The position numbers and the translations under genes were made by a program. The notes below the pieces were generated by a model. It did not search any database, was not told where the DNA came from, and saw only the letters and a list, made by a program, of their open reading frames with translations. This document shows, one piece after another, positions 48,252 through 56,349 of a stretch of 64,000 nt of DNA. Positions within the stretch are counted from its first letter, which is position 1. Each line of letters opens with the position of its first letter. Source of the stretch: an uncultured Acidobacteriota bacterium (GTDB lineage: Bacteria > Acidobacteriota > Terriglobia > Acidiferrales > UBA7541); assembly GCA_963749025.1 (NCBI GenBank), contig CAVVKO010000006.1, forward strand, positions 157,449 through 221,448, read 5' to 3'.

Positions 48252-48605
48252 CTATTGTCCGTTCGTGCCGCCCTGAGATGCGTCTTCGCCTTCCTTGTAC
48301 AGATATTTGATGCAGTGCTTGTACACCAGAAGGTTCGGGCTGCCGAAACGCGTGAGCTTGATGCAGTCGCGGTCGTACCACTCCACCGTGCCGCGCAGCA
48401 CTTCGCCGTCGCTCAGCACCACCGCCACCGGCGTGCGCGACTGCATCTGCTTGACGAAGTAGAAATTCTCCGCGTGGGTCTGCTCCGGCGGCGCAGGCTT
48501 CTTGCGCGGCGGAACTTGCTGCGGCGCGGGCTGGATCGGCCGCGGCGCAGCGTACTGCTCCTTCACCTCGGTAAGAGTCGGACGGAAAAGTTTGCGGTTT
48601 ACCAT
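48252..48605 (-). CDS. Hfq-like Sm-fold RNA-binding protein with a Pro-rich N-terminal extension
   Basis: The C-terminal 65 aa ([57 protein letters not shown]) align by eye with the Hfq Sm1/Sm2 region (PV.I.L.NG..L.G.I..FD......L......VYKHAIS). GGAAGGAG 6 nt upstream of the ATG. Confidence 0.55.
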   Translation of the reverse strand: MVNRKLFRPTLTEVKEQYAAPRPIQPAPQQVPPRKKPAPPEQTHAENFYFVKQMQSRTPVAVVLSDGEVLRGTVEWYDRDCIKLTRFGSPNLLVYKHCIKYLYKEGEDASQGGTNGQ

Positions 48606-48678
48606 AATTGCTCCTTCCGGAATCTAATTAATATGACTACTCAGGAAGAGTTTCGGTTGCAGGATCCGAAAAAATAAT

Positions 48679-49797
48679 TCAAATTTGCGCGGCAGCCTCG
48701 GGGGCCCCCAGCGAGGCGATGAGCGCATCCAGTCCCAACTGACGGCCTACATTGCGGCGCAGGCGGCTTTCCAACGTGTCCAATCCCTGCGTGGCCCGCA
48801 AGACCCACTCGAAGTTTATTTTCTTGCCGAGAGTTTCCAGTTCCTGCCGCAGATCTGGATTTCGCGGCAGGCCGAGCTTCGGACCTTGGGACAGCTCAAG
48901 AAGGTCTGTGAGCAGACTATAAAACAGCTCCAAAATATTTTCAAACGATTCCTTTTCCTGCTTGGCAAGCTGCGCGGTCGAGGCAAATACATCGTGGAAC
49001 TTGCCGTCGGCAACGGCCTGTTCCAAAAGGCTCAGAACGCTCGTGCGCAGGCGCTTGGATTCCTCGAGATCGAGCGAAAGCGCGACGCCGGGGCTGCCGT
49101 CGGAAAGCTGCGAGGCGAGTTTGCGCTCGGGCGCTTTGGCCTCGGTGCGGGTTTTCAGGAACTTTTCGATCTGCTCGGCAGGCACGGGCGCGAAATGGAA
49201 TTGCAGGCAGCGCGAACGAATCGTCGGCAGCAGGGAATCCGGAGAAGGCGCGAGCAAAATAAGCGTGGCGGAAGGCGGCGGCTCTTCGAGGATTTTCAGG
49301 AACACGTCCGCGTCGTTCCAGCGCATGGTGTCTGCACCATCGAGAATGAAAACGCGGCGCCGGCCTTGCGGCTGGAAATAAGCCGCACGCTGCACCGCGC
49401 GCAATTGCCCCACGCGAATCATGGGCCGAGCGACGGGAGTTCGCAGGCGCACGGGATCGGGGACGACCAGCCAAACATCCGGGTTCGGCTGGATCAGGAG
49501 CGGCATGCGCTCGACCGCCGCCGCATCGGCGCTTTCGCCGCGTTCGGCGAGCCCTGCCGCCATGAGCGGGGCGGGGTCCGCGAGTGCGGCCATGCGCCGG
49601 CAGGAATCGCATTCGCCGCAGAAATCGTCCTTCAGGCGCTGGCAATTCGCGGCCTGCGCGAACATGCGTGCGAGAGTGTACTTTCCGACGCCGCGCGGGC
49701 CCGTGAAGAGCAGCGCGCTCGGAACACGCTCGCGGCGAAGCATCCCCTGCAACGCGGTGACGATGCGCTCGTTGCCGAGAAATTCGCTGAAGCTCAT
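48679..49797 (-). CDS. holB: DNA polymerase III subunit delta prime
   Basis: LLFTGPRGVGKYTLARMFAQAANC, zinc module CGECDSCRR, RVFILDGADTM. Confidence 0.88.
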   Translation of the reverse strand: MSFSEFLGNERIVTALQGMLRRERVPSALLFTGPRGVGKYTLARMFAQAANCQRLKDDFCGECDSCRRMAALADPAPLMAAGLAERGESADAAAVERMPLLIQPNPDVWLVVPDPVRLRTPVARPMIRVGQLRAVQRAAYFQPQGRRRVFILDGADTMRWNDADVFLKILEEPPPSATLILLAPSPDSLLPTIRSRCLQFHFAPVPAEQIEKFLKTRTEAKAPERKLASQLSDGSPGVALSLDLEESKRLRTSVLSLLEQAVADGKFHDVFASTAQLAKQEKESFENILELFYSLLTDLLELSQGPKLGLPRNPDLRQELETLGKKINFEWVLRATQGLDTLESRLRRNVGRQLGLDALIASLGAPEAAAQI

Positions 49798-50504
49798 TGG
49801 ATCACCGAGTTTGCGCGCGGCGCGATGAAAACGCGCGCTTCGACAGCGGCCAGAATTTCCCTGTGAATTTCCTGGGGCGCGCGAAGCGCTCGGGCTGCGC
49901 TATCGTAACATTCGATTTTCACCCAGTTCGGTTGGCGGGCGAGCTGGTCGTACACGTCCGAGGCCGCTTGCAGATGCTCCAGATTCGACTCCTGCAAATC
50001 GCGCTGCAATTTGGTGTAATCGCGCGCGCCCTTCTCGCCGACGAGGCGCTGCGCTTCGGCAGGAGGCACGCGGAGATAGATGACGAGGTCTTCGGGCGGG
50101 AGCGCGTAAACCTGATATTCAAGCTGCTTGAGCCATTGCAGGAATTCAGTGCGTTTCGCGGCGGGGACGCGTGCGGTCTGATGCGCGAGGTTCGAGCCGA
50201 TGTAACGGTCGGCAAGAAGCGTGCGTCCGGCGGCGAGATCGGTGTCGAGCGCGCGCTTCGCATCCAGGCGATCGCCGGCGTAAAGCAGCGCAGAGAAGTG
50301 CGGGTCCACCGCATCGAGCGGGCCGAACTCGCCATTCAAAAAACGCGCGATGAGCTTGCCGAAAAATCCGTCGTAGCGCGGGAAGCTGACTTGGGTGAAG
50401 GCCAGGCCGCGCGAAGTGAAGGCGCGAGCAAGCATTTCGAGCTGCGTGCGTTTGCCGGAGCCGTCAATTCCTTCGAGGACGATGAATTTTCCGCGGGCAG
50501 GCAT
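49794..50504 (-). CDS. tmk: dTMP kinase
   Basis: KFIVLEGIDGSGKRTQLEML P-loop, LADRYIGSNLAHQ. Overlaps the holB start by 4 nt. Confidence 0.9.
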   Translation of the reverse strand: MPARGKFIVLEGIDGSGKRTQLEMLARAFTSRGLAFTQVSFPRYDGFFGKLIARFLNGEFGPLDAVDPHFSALLYAGDRLDAKRALDTDLAAGRTLLADRYIGSNLAHQTARVPAAKRTEFLQWLKQLEYQVYALPPEDLVIYLRVPPAEAQRLVGEKGARDYTKLQRDLQESNLEHLQAASDVYDQLARQPNWVKIECYDSAARALRAPQEIHREILAAVEARVFIAPRANSVIQ

Positions 50505-50522
50505 CGTGTTGCCGGTCAGTCT

Positions 50523-50594
50523 AGCACAGAGACGAGGCAGGGAAGCAGGAGACAGAGAAGCAAGGAAGCAGGGAGGCAGGGAAGAAGGCGAAAA
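50523..50594. repeat. 72-nt T-free polypurine tract with an imperfect 8-nt period
   Basis: AGCACAGAGACGAGGCAGGGAAGCAGGAGACAGAGAAGCAAGGAAGCAGGGAGGCAGGGAAGAAGGCGAAAA. There is no T on the plus strand and a lone C every ~8 nt (positions 50538, 46, 53, 61, 69, 77). It lies 19-90 nt upstream of the tmk ATG on the opposite strand. Confidence 0.8.
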
Positions 50595-50722
50595 TTCGTT
50601 CGGAAAGTGGTGAGTGACGCGCGCGGCGGAGGTCCGAAATTTGTTGCGATTAGAGAAGGTCGCGACCGTTTGTTTTCTCCGAGTTGGGCGAAGTTCTAAT
50701 AAATGATTGTGGCGATTAAAAA

Positions 50723-50756
50723 AATCATAGGTTCGCGATGGAGAATCATAGGTCGC
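50723..50756. repeat. direct repeat AATCATAGGT(T)CGC x2 at 21-nt spacing
   Basis: AATCATAGGTTCGCG at 50723-50737 and AATCATAGGTCGC at 50744-50756, followed by a short GC hairpin CTCGCC-GGCA-GGCGAG (50760-50775). Located ~120-150 nt upstream of the PurD-like gene. Confidence 0.6.
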
Positions 50757-50872
50757 TGCCTCGCCGGCAGGCGAGCCTCGATACGCTGCCGCGGCGCTAC
50801 ATTTAAACCTTTAGAAGCAAATCGCGCCCTGTCGGGCCGTGTTAATATCGAAAATCCATGAGGCGAGGGTAG

Positions 50873-52159
50873 ATGGACAAGAAGAACTTTTTGTTCGTGT
50901 CTTTGACCGGGCTGATCAGCGACATTGCGTGGCAGATCTCGAAAGAGGGGCACGAGGTGCGCTACTACATTGGCGACAAAAAAGAGCGCGATATTGCCGA
51001 CGGCTTCGTGGCCAAATCGAAAGATTGGGAAAAGGACAAGGATTGGGCGGACATCATCGTTTTTGACGACACGCTGGGGCAGGGCGAAAAAGCGGCGGCG
51101 CTGCGCAAGGAAGGCAAGCTCGTCATCGGCGGCACGGCCTACAGCGACAAACTCGAAGACGACCGCTCGTTCGGCCAGGAAGAGTTGAAAAAAGCGGGCG
51201 TGAATATTATTCCGTACGGGGAGTTCGAGTCGTTCGATGATGCGGTGGACCATGTGACGCAGAATCCGGGGCGCTACGTGATCAAGCCGAGCGGCGAAGC
51301 GCAGAACGTGAAGCGGCGCCTCTTTGTCGGCGAAGAAGACGACGGGCAGGACGTGATACGCATGCTGGAGGCCTACAAGCGCGCGTTTGCCGACGAGATT
51401 AAGGTTTTTCAGCTGCAGCGGCGCATGATTGGAGTGGAAGTCGCCGTCGGCGCGTTTTTCAACGGCAAGACTTTCATTTATCCCATCAACATAAATTTCG
51501 AGCACAAGAAACTTTTTCCCGGAGACATTGGTCCGCCCACCGGCGAGATGGGAACTTCGATGTTCTGGAGCGGGCCGAACCATCTTTTCAACCAGACGCT
51601 TCTGAAGATGGAGCCGAAGCTCGCGGAAGAGGGCTACATCGGCTACATCGACGTGAACTGCATCGTGAACAACAACGGGATTTATCCGCTCGAGTTTACG
51701 GCGCGCTTCGGATATCCGACGATCAGCATCCAGCAGGCCGGAATGTTGACGCCGATCGGGCAATTCTTCTGGGACCTGGCCAACGGCGTGGATCCCAAGC
51801 TCAAAGTGAGGAGCGGATTTCAGATTGGCGTGCGCATCGTGGTGCCGCCGTTTCCATTCGACGACGACGAGACGTTCGATTCGTTTTCGAAGAACTCCGC
51901 GATCGTCTTCAAGAAGCCGCCCGCGGACGAAACGCACATCGAGGACGTGAAGCAGATCAACGGGCAGTGGCTCATCGCCGGGACTTCGGGCGTGATTCTG
52001 ATTATTGTCGGCACCGGGCAGACGATGAAGCAGACCAAGGCGCAGGTTTATTCGCGCATCAAGAACGTCATGATTCCGAATATGTATTACCGCACGGATA
52101 TCGGCGACCGTTGGGAGGAAGACAGCGACCGCTTGCATAATTGGGGCTACTTGCGGTGA
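50873..52159 (+). CDS. ATP-grasp protein related to phosphoribosylamine-glycine ligase (divergent PurD-like)
   Basis: The ATP-grasp core and PurD-like blocks GPPTGEMG (compare GPNTGGMG), EFTARFGYPT (compare EFN.RFGDPE) and a C-terminal YYRTDIG are present. The N-terminus MDKKNFLFVSLTGLISD lacks the PurD GSGGREHA motif. Confidence 0.6.
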   Translation: MDKKNFLFVSLTGLISDIAWQISKEGHEVRYYIGDKKERDIADGFVAKSKDWEKDKDWADIIVFDDTLGQGEKAAALRKEGKLVIGGTAYSDKLEDDRSFGQEELKKAGVNIIPYGEFESFDDAVDHVTQNPGRYVIKPSGEAQNVKRRLFVGEEDDGQDVIRMLEAYKRAFADEIKVFQLQRRMIGVEVAVGAFFNGKTFIYPININFEHKKLFPGDIGPPTGEMGTSMFWSGPNHLFNQTLLKMEPKLAEEGYIGYIDVNCIVNNNGIYPLEFTARFGYPTISIQQAGMLTPIGQFFWDLANGVDPKLKVRSGFQIGVRIVVPPFPFDDDETFDSFSKNSAIVFKKPPADETHIEDVKQINGQWLIAGTSGVILIIVGTGQTMKQTKAQVYSRIKNVMIPNMYYRTDIGDRWEEDSDRLHNWGYLR

Positions 52160-52213
52160 GATGAGATTTTAGATTCGCTGCGGGCAAATTTATTTACTGG
52201 GGAGGAATCACCA

Positions 52214-52810
52214 ATGGGGATTCGTCGAGCGGGAAGTGAACGATCGAGGAAGCTGGCACTGTGGGGCTGCTGCCTTATTGTGCTGCTCATGACGTGGGGA
52301 TGCGGGACGCAGACGCCTCCGGACACGCGCGCTGCGGATGAAAAAACCATTCGCGATCTGGACGCGCAGTGGGCGAAGACGGCGGCGGCGAAAGATGTGG
52401 ACGGGACGGTTTCGTATTATGCCGACGATGCCTCGCTGCTGGCGCCGAACGTCGCGATCGCGAGCGACAAGGCGTCGATTCGCGCGTCGTGGGCTGGGCT
52501 GCTTGGGCCGGACAATTCGTTGACCTGGCAGGCGAATAAAGTGGAGGTCGCGCGGTCCAGTGATCTCGCATACATCATCGGGTCTTATCAATTGACGATG
52601 AAAAATTCGCAGGGCAAGCCCGAGGCGGATCGCGGCAAGTTTGTGGAGGTTTGGAAAAAGCAAGCGGACGGCAAATGGAAAGTGGAGGCGGACATTTTTA
52701 ATTCCGATCTGGCGGTGCAGGCACCGGCGCCAGCTCCGGTCAAAAAGACAACCGCGCGACATCACGCGAGGAAGAAAGGCCGCCGAAATCGGCAGCGAAC
52801 GCAGGACTGA
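52214..52810 (+). CDS. secreted or lipoprotein NTF2-like (DUF4440/SnoaL-type) protein with a basic tail
   Basis: Signal sequence ending LIVLLMTWGC. EKTIRDLDAQWAKTAAAKDVDGTVSYYADDASLLAPN...GKFVEVWKKQADGKWKV is DUF4440-like. The C-terminus is KKTTARHHARKKGRRNRQRTQD. Confidence 0.65.
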   Translation: MGIRRAGSERSRKLALWGCCLIVLLMTWGCGTQTPPDTRAADEKTIRDLDAQWAKTAAAKDVDGTVSYYADDASLLAPNVAIASDKASIRASWAGLLGPDNSLTWQANKVEVARSSDLAYIIGSYQLTMKNSQGKPEADRGKFVEVWKKQADGKWKVEADIFNSDLAVQAPAPAPVKKTTARHHARKKGRRNRQRTQD

Positions 52811-52870
52811 GAAGCCACGCCAAAAGAACCCTTGTGTTGGGCGCGTGGCTAAGGTAAAGAAGCGGCTCAC

Positions 52871-53236
52871 ATGTCTACCGAACCGTCGATTCCTGTCACG
52901 TCTGCGCACACGCTAACTCTGCACACGTACGCCTGGGAGGACGCGACCGTGGTGGCCTGCACCGGGAGGCTCACGGCGGAAACAGCTCCGCGCCTGAAGA
53001 CGGAAGTGAAAGCGCTGCTACCGAACAAGCGGCGAGTGATTCTCGATCTCACCGACCTCGTGCACATGGATAGCTCGGGGCTAGGCACGCTGGTGGCGCT
53101 TTACATGTCGTCGAAAGGCGCGCGCTGCGAATTTCAGCTGGTGAACTTGACGCCGCGCATCCGCGATCTCCTCGCTTTGACCAACGTTCTTTCCGTGTTC
53201 GAAACCTGCGGGCGCAGCGGCACGCATTTGCCGTGA
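52871..53236 (+). CDS. STAS domain protein (anti-sigma-factor antagonist type)
   Basis: VVACTGRLTAETAPRLKTEV...VILDLTDLVHMDSSGLGTLVAL carries the DSSGLG phospho-serine motif of SpoIIAA/RsbV-type proteins. Confidence 0.8.
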   Translation: MSTEPSIPVTSAHTLTLHTYAWEDATVVACTGRLTAETAPRLKTEVKALLPNKRRVILDLTDLVHMDSSGLGTLVALYMSSKGARCEFQLVNLTPRIRDLLALTNVLSVFETCGRSGTHLP

Positions 53237-53259
53237 ATTGGTCCGCGGGCATCTTGCCG

Positions 53260-53613
53260 TCAGGTGCGCTCGGCGAAGACTTGCAGGGCGGCGTCCTCTG
53301 CCGGGTAGATTTCGAAAAGCTTGTGCATGTGGGAGACTTCGAGCACAGACAAGACTTTCTGCTGCACTGCGGCCAATTTTAATTCTCCTCCCGCCTGACG
53401 CACGATGGAATAGGATCGCGCCAACTCGCCAATTCCGTAACTATCGATGAAATCGACGCGCGCGAGATTGAGTATGAATTTTTTCGCGCCGCCGGAGATG
53501 GAGACGTGAATCAGGTCGCGGAGCGTGGTGTGGCCGTCGGTTAATGTGAGCCTGCCGACTGCCTCCAAGATGGCGACACGGCCGATTTCGCGGGTGTGCA
53601 GTTGAAATCCCAT
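53260..53613 (-). CDS. STAS domain protein (anti-sigma-factor antagonist type)
   Basis: VAILEAVGRLTLTDGHTTLRDLI...FILNLARVDFIDSYGIGELARS (DS.G motif). Start set at ATG 53613. Confidence 0.78.
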   Translation of the reverse strand: MGFQLHTREIGRVAILEAVGRLTLTDGHTTLRDLIHVSISGGAKKFILNLARVDFIDSYGIGELARSYSIVRQAGGELKLAAVQQKVLSVLEVSHMHKLFEIYPAEDAALQVFAERT

Positions 53614-53689
53614 TCCGGCTTCACTCCTCAAGTCGATTTGGCGACTGCATACACTTGTCCGGGTTCAACCGTTTCGTCGATAAACCGGC

Positions 53690-53971
53690 ATGCCGCTAGA
53701 CTACGCGCTCGGTTTGGGGGTAGCATTTCGAGTAATGCCCCATGAATTCACTCAGCGGGAACACGAGCCGGAGCCGCAGGCGTCGTACTCGCACGGCGGC
53801 GTTCCTCCACGAAAAATTATCGGAGTGGGGCTGCTCGACCCGCCGGTGCCACCCAAAAGGCGGCCAGGACCCCTTCTGCCCATCCCCGCATCACTGCTAA
53901 AGCGCATTTTCGCGGTGATTATCCTGGTCGGAATCGCTCTCCTTGTTCTCCTATCGCTCGTGTCGCAGTAG
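53690..53971 (+). CDS. small Pro-rich tail-anchored membrane protein (hypothetical)
   Basis: C-terminal TM helix IFAVIILVGIALLVLLSLV after a Pro-rich segment. Coding status unproven; alternative start at 53735. Confidence 0.3.
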   Translation: MPLDYALGLGVAFRVMPHEFTQREHEPEPQASYSHGGVPPRKIIGVGLLDPPVPPKRRPGPLLPIPASLLKRIFAVIILVGIALLVLLSLVSQ

Positions 53972-54035
53972 CAGAGCGAGCGTGCGCGTGCGCAGAAGAT
54001 AACACTTCAGCGGGGGATTGGACACTCGCGCCTTC

Positions 54036-56291
54036 CTACGATGCGGGGCGGCCGGTGCGGCTGACGAGTTTCTGGAATTCGGGGTCGCCGTGGAGGCAAT
54101 CGAGATCGGTATCGTTGGCGGCCCAATCGTGGTTGCTGTATCCGGCGGCAAACGATTTCTTGAGCGTCTCGAGGGCTTCCGTCTTTTTTCCGAGAACGCC
54201 GTAGGTGCACGCGGCATTGTAGAGCGTGCTGGGATCGCCGGGGCGAAGGGCGACGGCCGTCTGCAAGTGGCGGATAGTCTCGTCCTCGTGTTCCTTGAAG
54301 GATGCGAGCTGAGTGGCCAGCAAGATGCGAGCACGGACGTCTTCGGGCACGATTTCGAGCTGTTGGCGAAGGGTCTTTATAAATCGTTGCGTGAGCTGCT
54401 CCGCTTCTTTTTGGCGCCCGAGGCGCCGGAGAGCTCGGCCGTAGGGAACGTAGGTGTTGTAATCGTCGCCGTTGGCTTCGAGGGCGCGCTCGGTGAGTGC
54501 GGCGGCCTCTTCAAAACGGCCGGAGGCGAAATACGCGCGGCCGAGGATGTTCCAGACTCCATCGCAATCGGGTTTGCGCTCGATGGCACGCTGGGACAGG
54601 AGCGCGGCTTCGTCGTATTTTTTCTGCGCGTAGAAGATACGCGCATGCGCCACCAGCACTTCGGCCAGGTCAGGCGCGAGCGCGGTGGCGCGATCGCAGG
54701 CGGCAAGTCCGCGTTCAATCCATTTCGGAAATTGTTCGCGAATCTCGTAGATGACTCCGCACAGGTGCGCGATCCCGGCGTGCGCCAAGGCAAAATTCGG
54801 ATCGAGCTGGATGGCCTGCTCGAACATTTGCAGCGCGTAATCCAGATTCTCGCGGCGTGTGTAGCTCCTTCCGCGCAAGTAAAAATCGTAGGCCTGCGGA
54901 TTTTCCGTGGGCTTGCGCGCCATGGTCTTTTCTTCCTGCGGCGTCAGCGTGATGCGCAGAGCCTGCGCGATGCTCCGCGCGATTTCTTCCTGGATGGCGA
55001 AGACGTCTTCGAGTTGCCGGTCATAACGTTCGGCCCAGGCGGAATGCCGGGTAGAAGCTTCCACCAACTGCGCGGTGATGCGCACGCGGTTGCCGGCGCG
55101 GCGAATGGAACCTTCGAGAACGTAAGCGGCGCCGAGCTGCTGGCCAACCTGTTGCACGGTGACCGGCTTGTCGCGAAATGCCAGCATCTCCGAGCGCGGG
55201 AAGATTTGGAGCTGCGCGATTTTGGAAAGCTCGGTGACGATGTCTTCGGTAATCCCATCGCGGAAGTATTCGTCCTCTTTCGCGCCGCTTTGATTCTCGA
55301 AATAGAGCACGGCGACGGATTTTTGCTTGGCGGGAGCTACGTGCGCGGAGGAACCCGAGGCAGTTTTTTCAGCCGCGGGGCGCCGGCTGGATTCGATGTC
55401 GCGGCTAAGGCGCTTCAAGTCAGCGCGGAGTTCCGCGGCAGTCTGGCAGCGCAGGTCGGGATCCTTTTCGAGGGTCTTGGCGAGGATAGTCTCCAAAGCC
55501 AGAGGCACGCGCGGGTTTAGTTCTTTCGCAGGCGTCGGCGTTTCGTGCAAGATACCGTCGAAAATGACTGCCGAGGTTGCGCCGGAGAACGGGACAGCTC
55601 CGGTCGCCATTTCGTAGAGCACGATGCCGAGCGAAAACAAGTCCGAGCGCGCATCGAGTTCTTCGCCGCGGGCCTGTTCCGGCGACATGTAAGCGACCGT
55701 GCCCAGCGAACTTCCCGGGCTGGTCAGCTGCTCATCGCGAAGCAAATGCGCCTGGGTGCGCAGGGACGAGGCGCCCACCGATTCGGCAGCCGGGTGGTGC
55801 ACCGGCGTCAGCTTGGCCAAACCGAAATCGAGGATTTTTGCCTGCCCGCGCTCAACGAGAAAAATATTCGCGGGCTTGATGTCGCGATGCACGATGCCTT
55901 TGGAGTGCGCGGCATCAAGCCCATTAGCGATCTGGATGCCGATTTCCAAAAGCTCCGAAACTTCGATGGGTTTCGCGCCGATGCGGTGCTTCAGAGTCTG
56001 GCCTTCGAGCAGCTCCATGGCGATGAACGGGCGGCCTTCGAATTCGCCGATATCGTAAATGGTGCAGATGTTGGCGTGATTGAGCGCGGAGGCCGCGCGG
56101 GCTTCACGGCGAAAGCGCTCGATGGCCTGCGGGTCCTGCGAAATATCGTCCGGGAGAAATTTCAGCGCGACGTTGCGGCCCAGGCGCGCGTCCTTGGCTT
56201 TGTAAACCACGCCCATTCCTCCGCCGCCCAGTTTTTCCACTACATTGTAGTGGGCGATGGTGCGGCCAATGATGGAGGAAGTATCGGGCAT
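54036..56291 (-). CDS. Ser/Thr protein kinase with a TolB-N-like module and TPR repeats, no TM helix (paralog K1)
   Basis: [37 protein letters not shown]. Then [33 protein letters not shown]...[20 protein letters not shown], followed by TPR-like repeats to the C-terminus. Confidence 0.88.
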   Translation of the reverse strand: MPDTSSIIGRTIAHYNVVEKLGGGGMGVVYKAKDARLGRNVALKFLPDDISQDPQAIERFRREARAASALNHANICTIYDIGEFEGRPFIAMELLEGQTLKHRIGAKPIEVSELLEIGIQIANGLDAAHSKGIVHRDIKPANIFLVERGQAKILDFGLAKLTPVHHPAAESVGASSLRTQAHLLRDEQLTSPGSSLGTVAYMSPEQARGEELDARSDLFSLGIVLYEMATGAVPFSGATSAVIFDGILHETPTPAKELNPRVPLALETILAKTLEKDPDLRCQTAAELRADLKRLSRDIESSRRPAAEKTASGSSAHVAPAKQKSVAVLYFENQSGAKEDEYFRDGITEDIVTELSKIAQLQIFPRSEMLAFRDKPVTVQQVGQQLGAAYVLEGSIRRAGNRVRITAQLVEASTRHSAWAERYDRQLEDVFAIQEEIARSIAQALRITLTPQEEKTMARKPTENPQAYDFYLRGRSYTRRENLDYALQMFEQAIQLDPNFALAHAGIAHLCGVIYEIREQFPKWIERGLAACDRATALAPDLAEVLVAHARIFYAQKKYDEAALLSQRAIERKPDCDGVWNILGRAYFASGRFEEAAALTERALEANGDDYNTYVPYGRALRRLGRQKEAEQLTQRFIKTLRQQLEIVPEDVRARILLATQLASFKEHEDETIRHLQTAVALRPGDPSTLYNAACTYGVLGKKTEALETLKKSFAAGYSNHDWAANDTDLDCLHGDPEFQKLVSRTGRPAS

Positions 56292-56300
56292 AGGCGGTGC

Positions 56301-56329
56301 AGTTTACGCTAGCGTCTCGATGCAGGCAA
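56301..56329 (-). promoter_or_regulatory. putative promoter of K1, near-leaderless
   Basis: The minus strand reads TTGCCT-17 nt-TAAACT-9 nt-ATG. The same CGCTAGCGTAAACTGC element recurs upstream of K2. Confidence 0.3.
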
Positions 56330-56349
56330 CCGCGCCAAGTCGCGCCGAG

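Noticed and set aside
50703-50861. Small (~52 aa) Arg-rich ORF covering the direct repeats
   Set aside because: It has no ribosome-binding site, and its sequence is dominated by translation of the DNA repeats (KIIGSRWRIIGRC). It is probably non-coding.
50505-50872. CRISPR-like array or a ZTP/purine riboswitch in the tmk/PurD-like intergenic region
   Set aside because: The repeats are 8-nt purine units without spacers, plus only two 14-nt direct repeats. No pfl/ZTP or purine-riboswitch consensus was recognisable. The region is kept as an unexplained finding.
50696-52138. 480-aa ORF antisense to the PurD-like gene
   Set aside because: The sense frame has ATP-grasp/PurD blocks. The antisense frame is Arg/His/Val-rich with no recognisable domain.
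54018-55520. 500-aa ORF antisense to kinase K1; similar ORFs 56413..57972 antisense to K2 and 48685..49866 antisense to holB
   Set aside because: These are shadow ORFs opposite genes with full sets of conserved motifs. That they recur opposite both duplicated kinases simply reflects the duplication.
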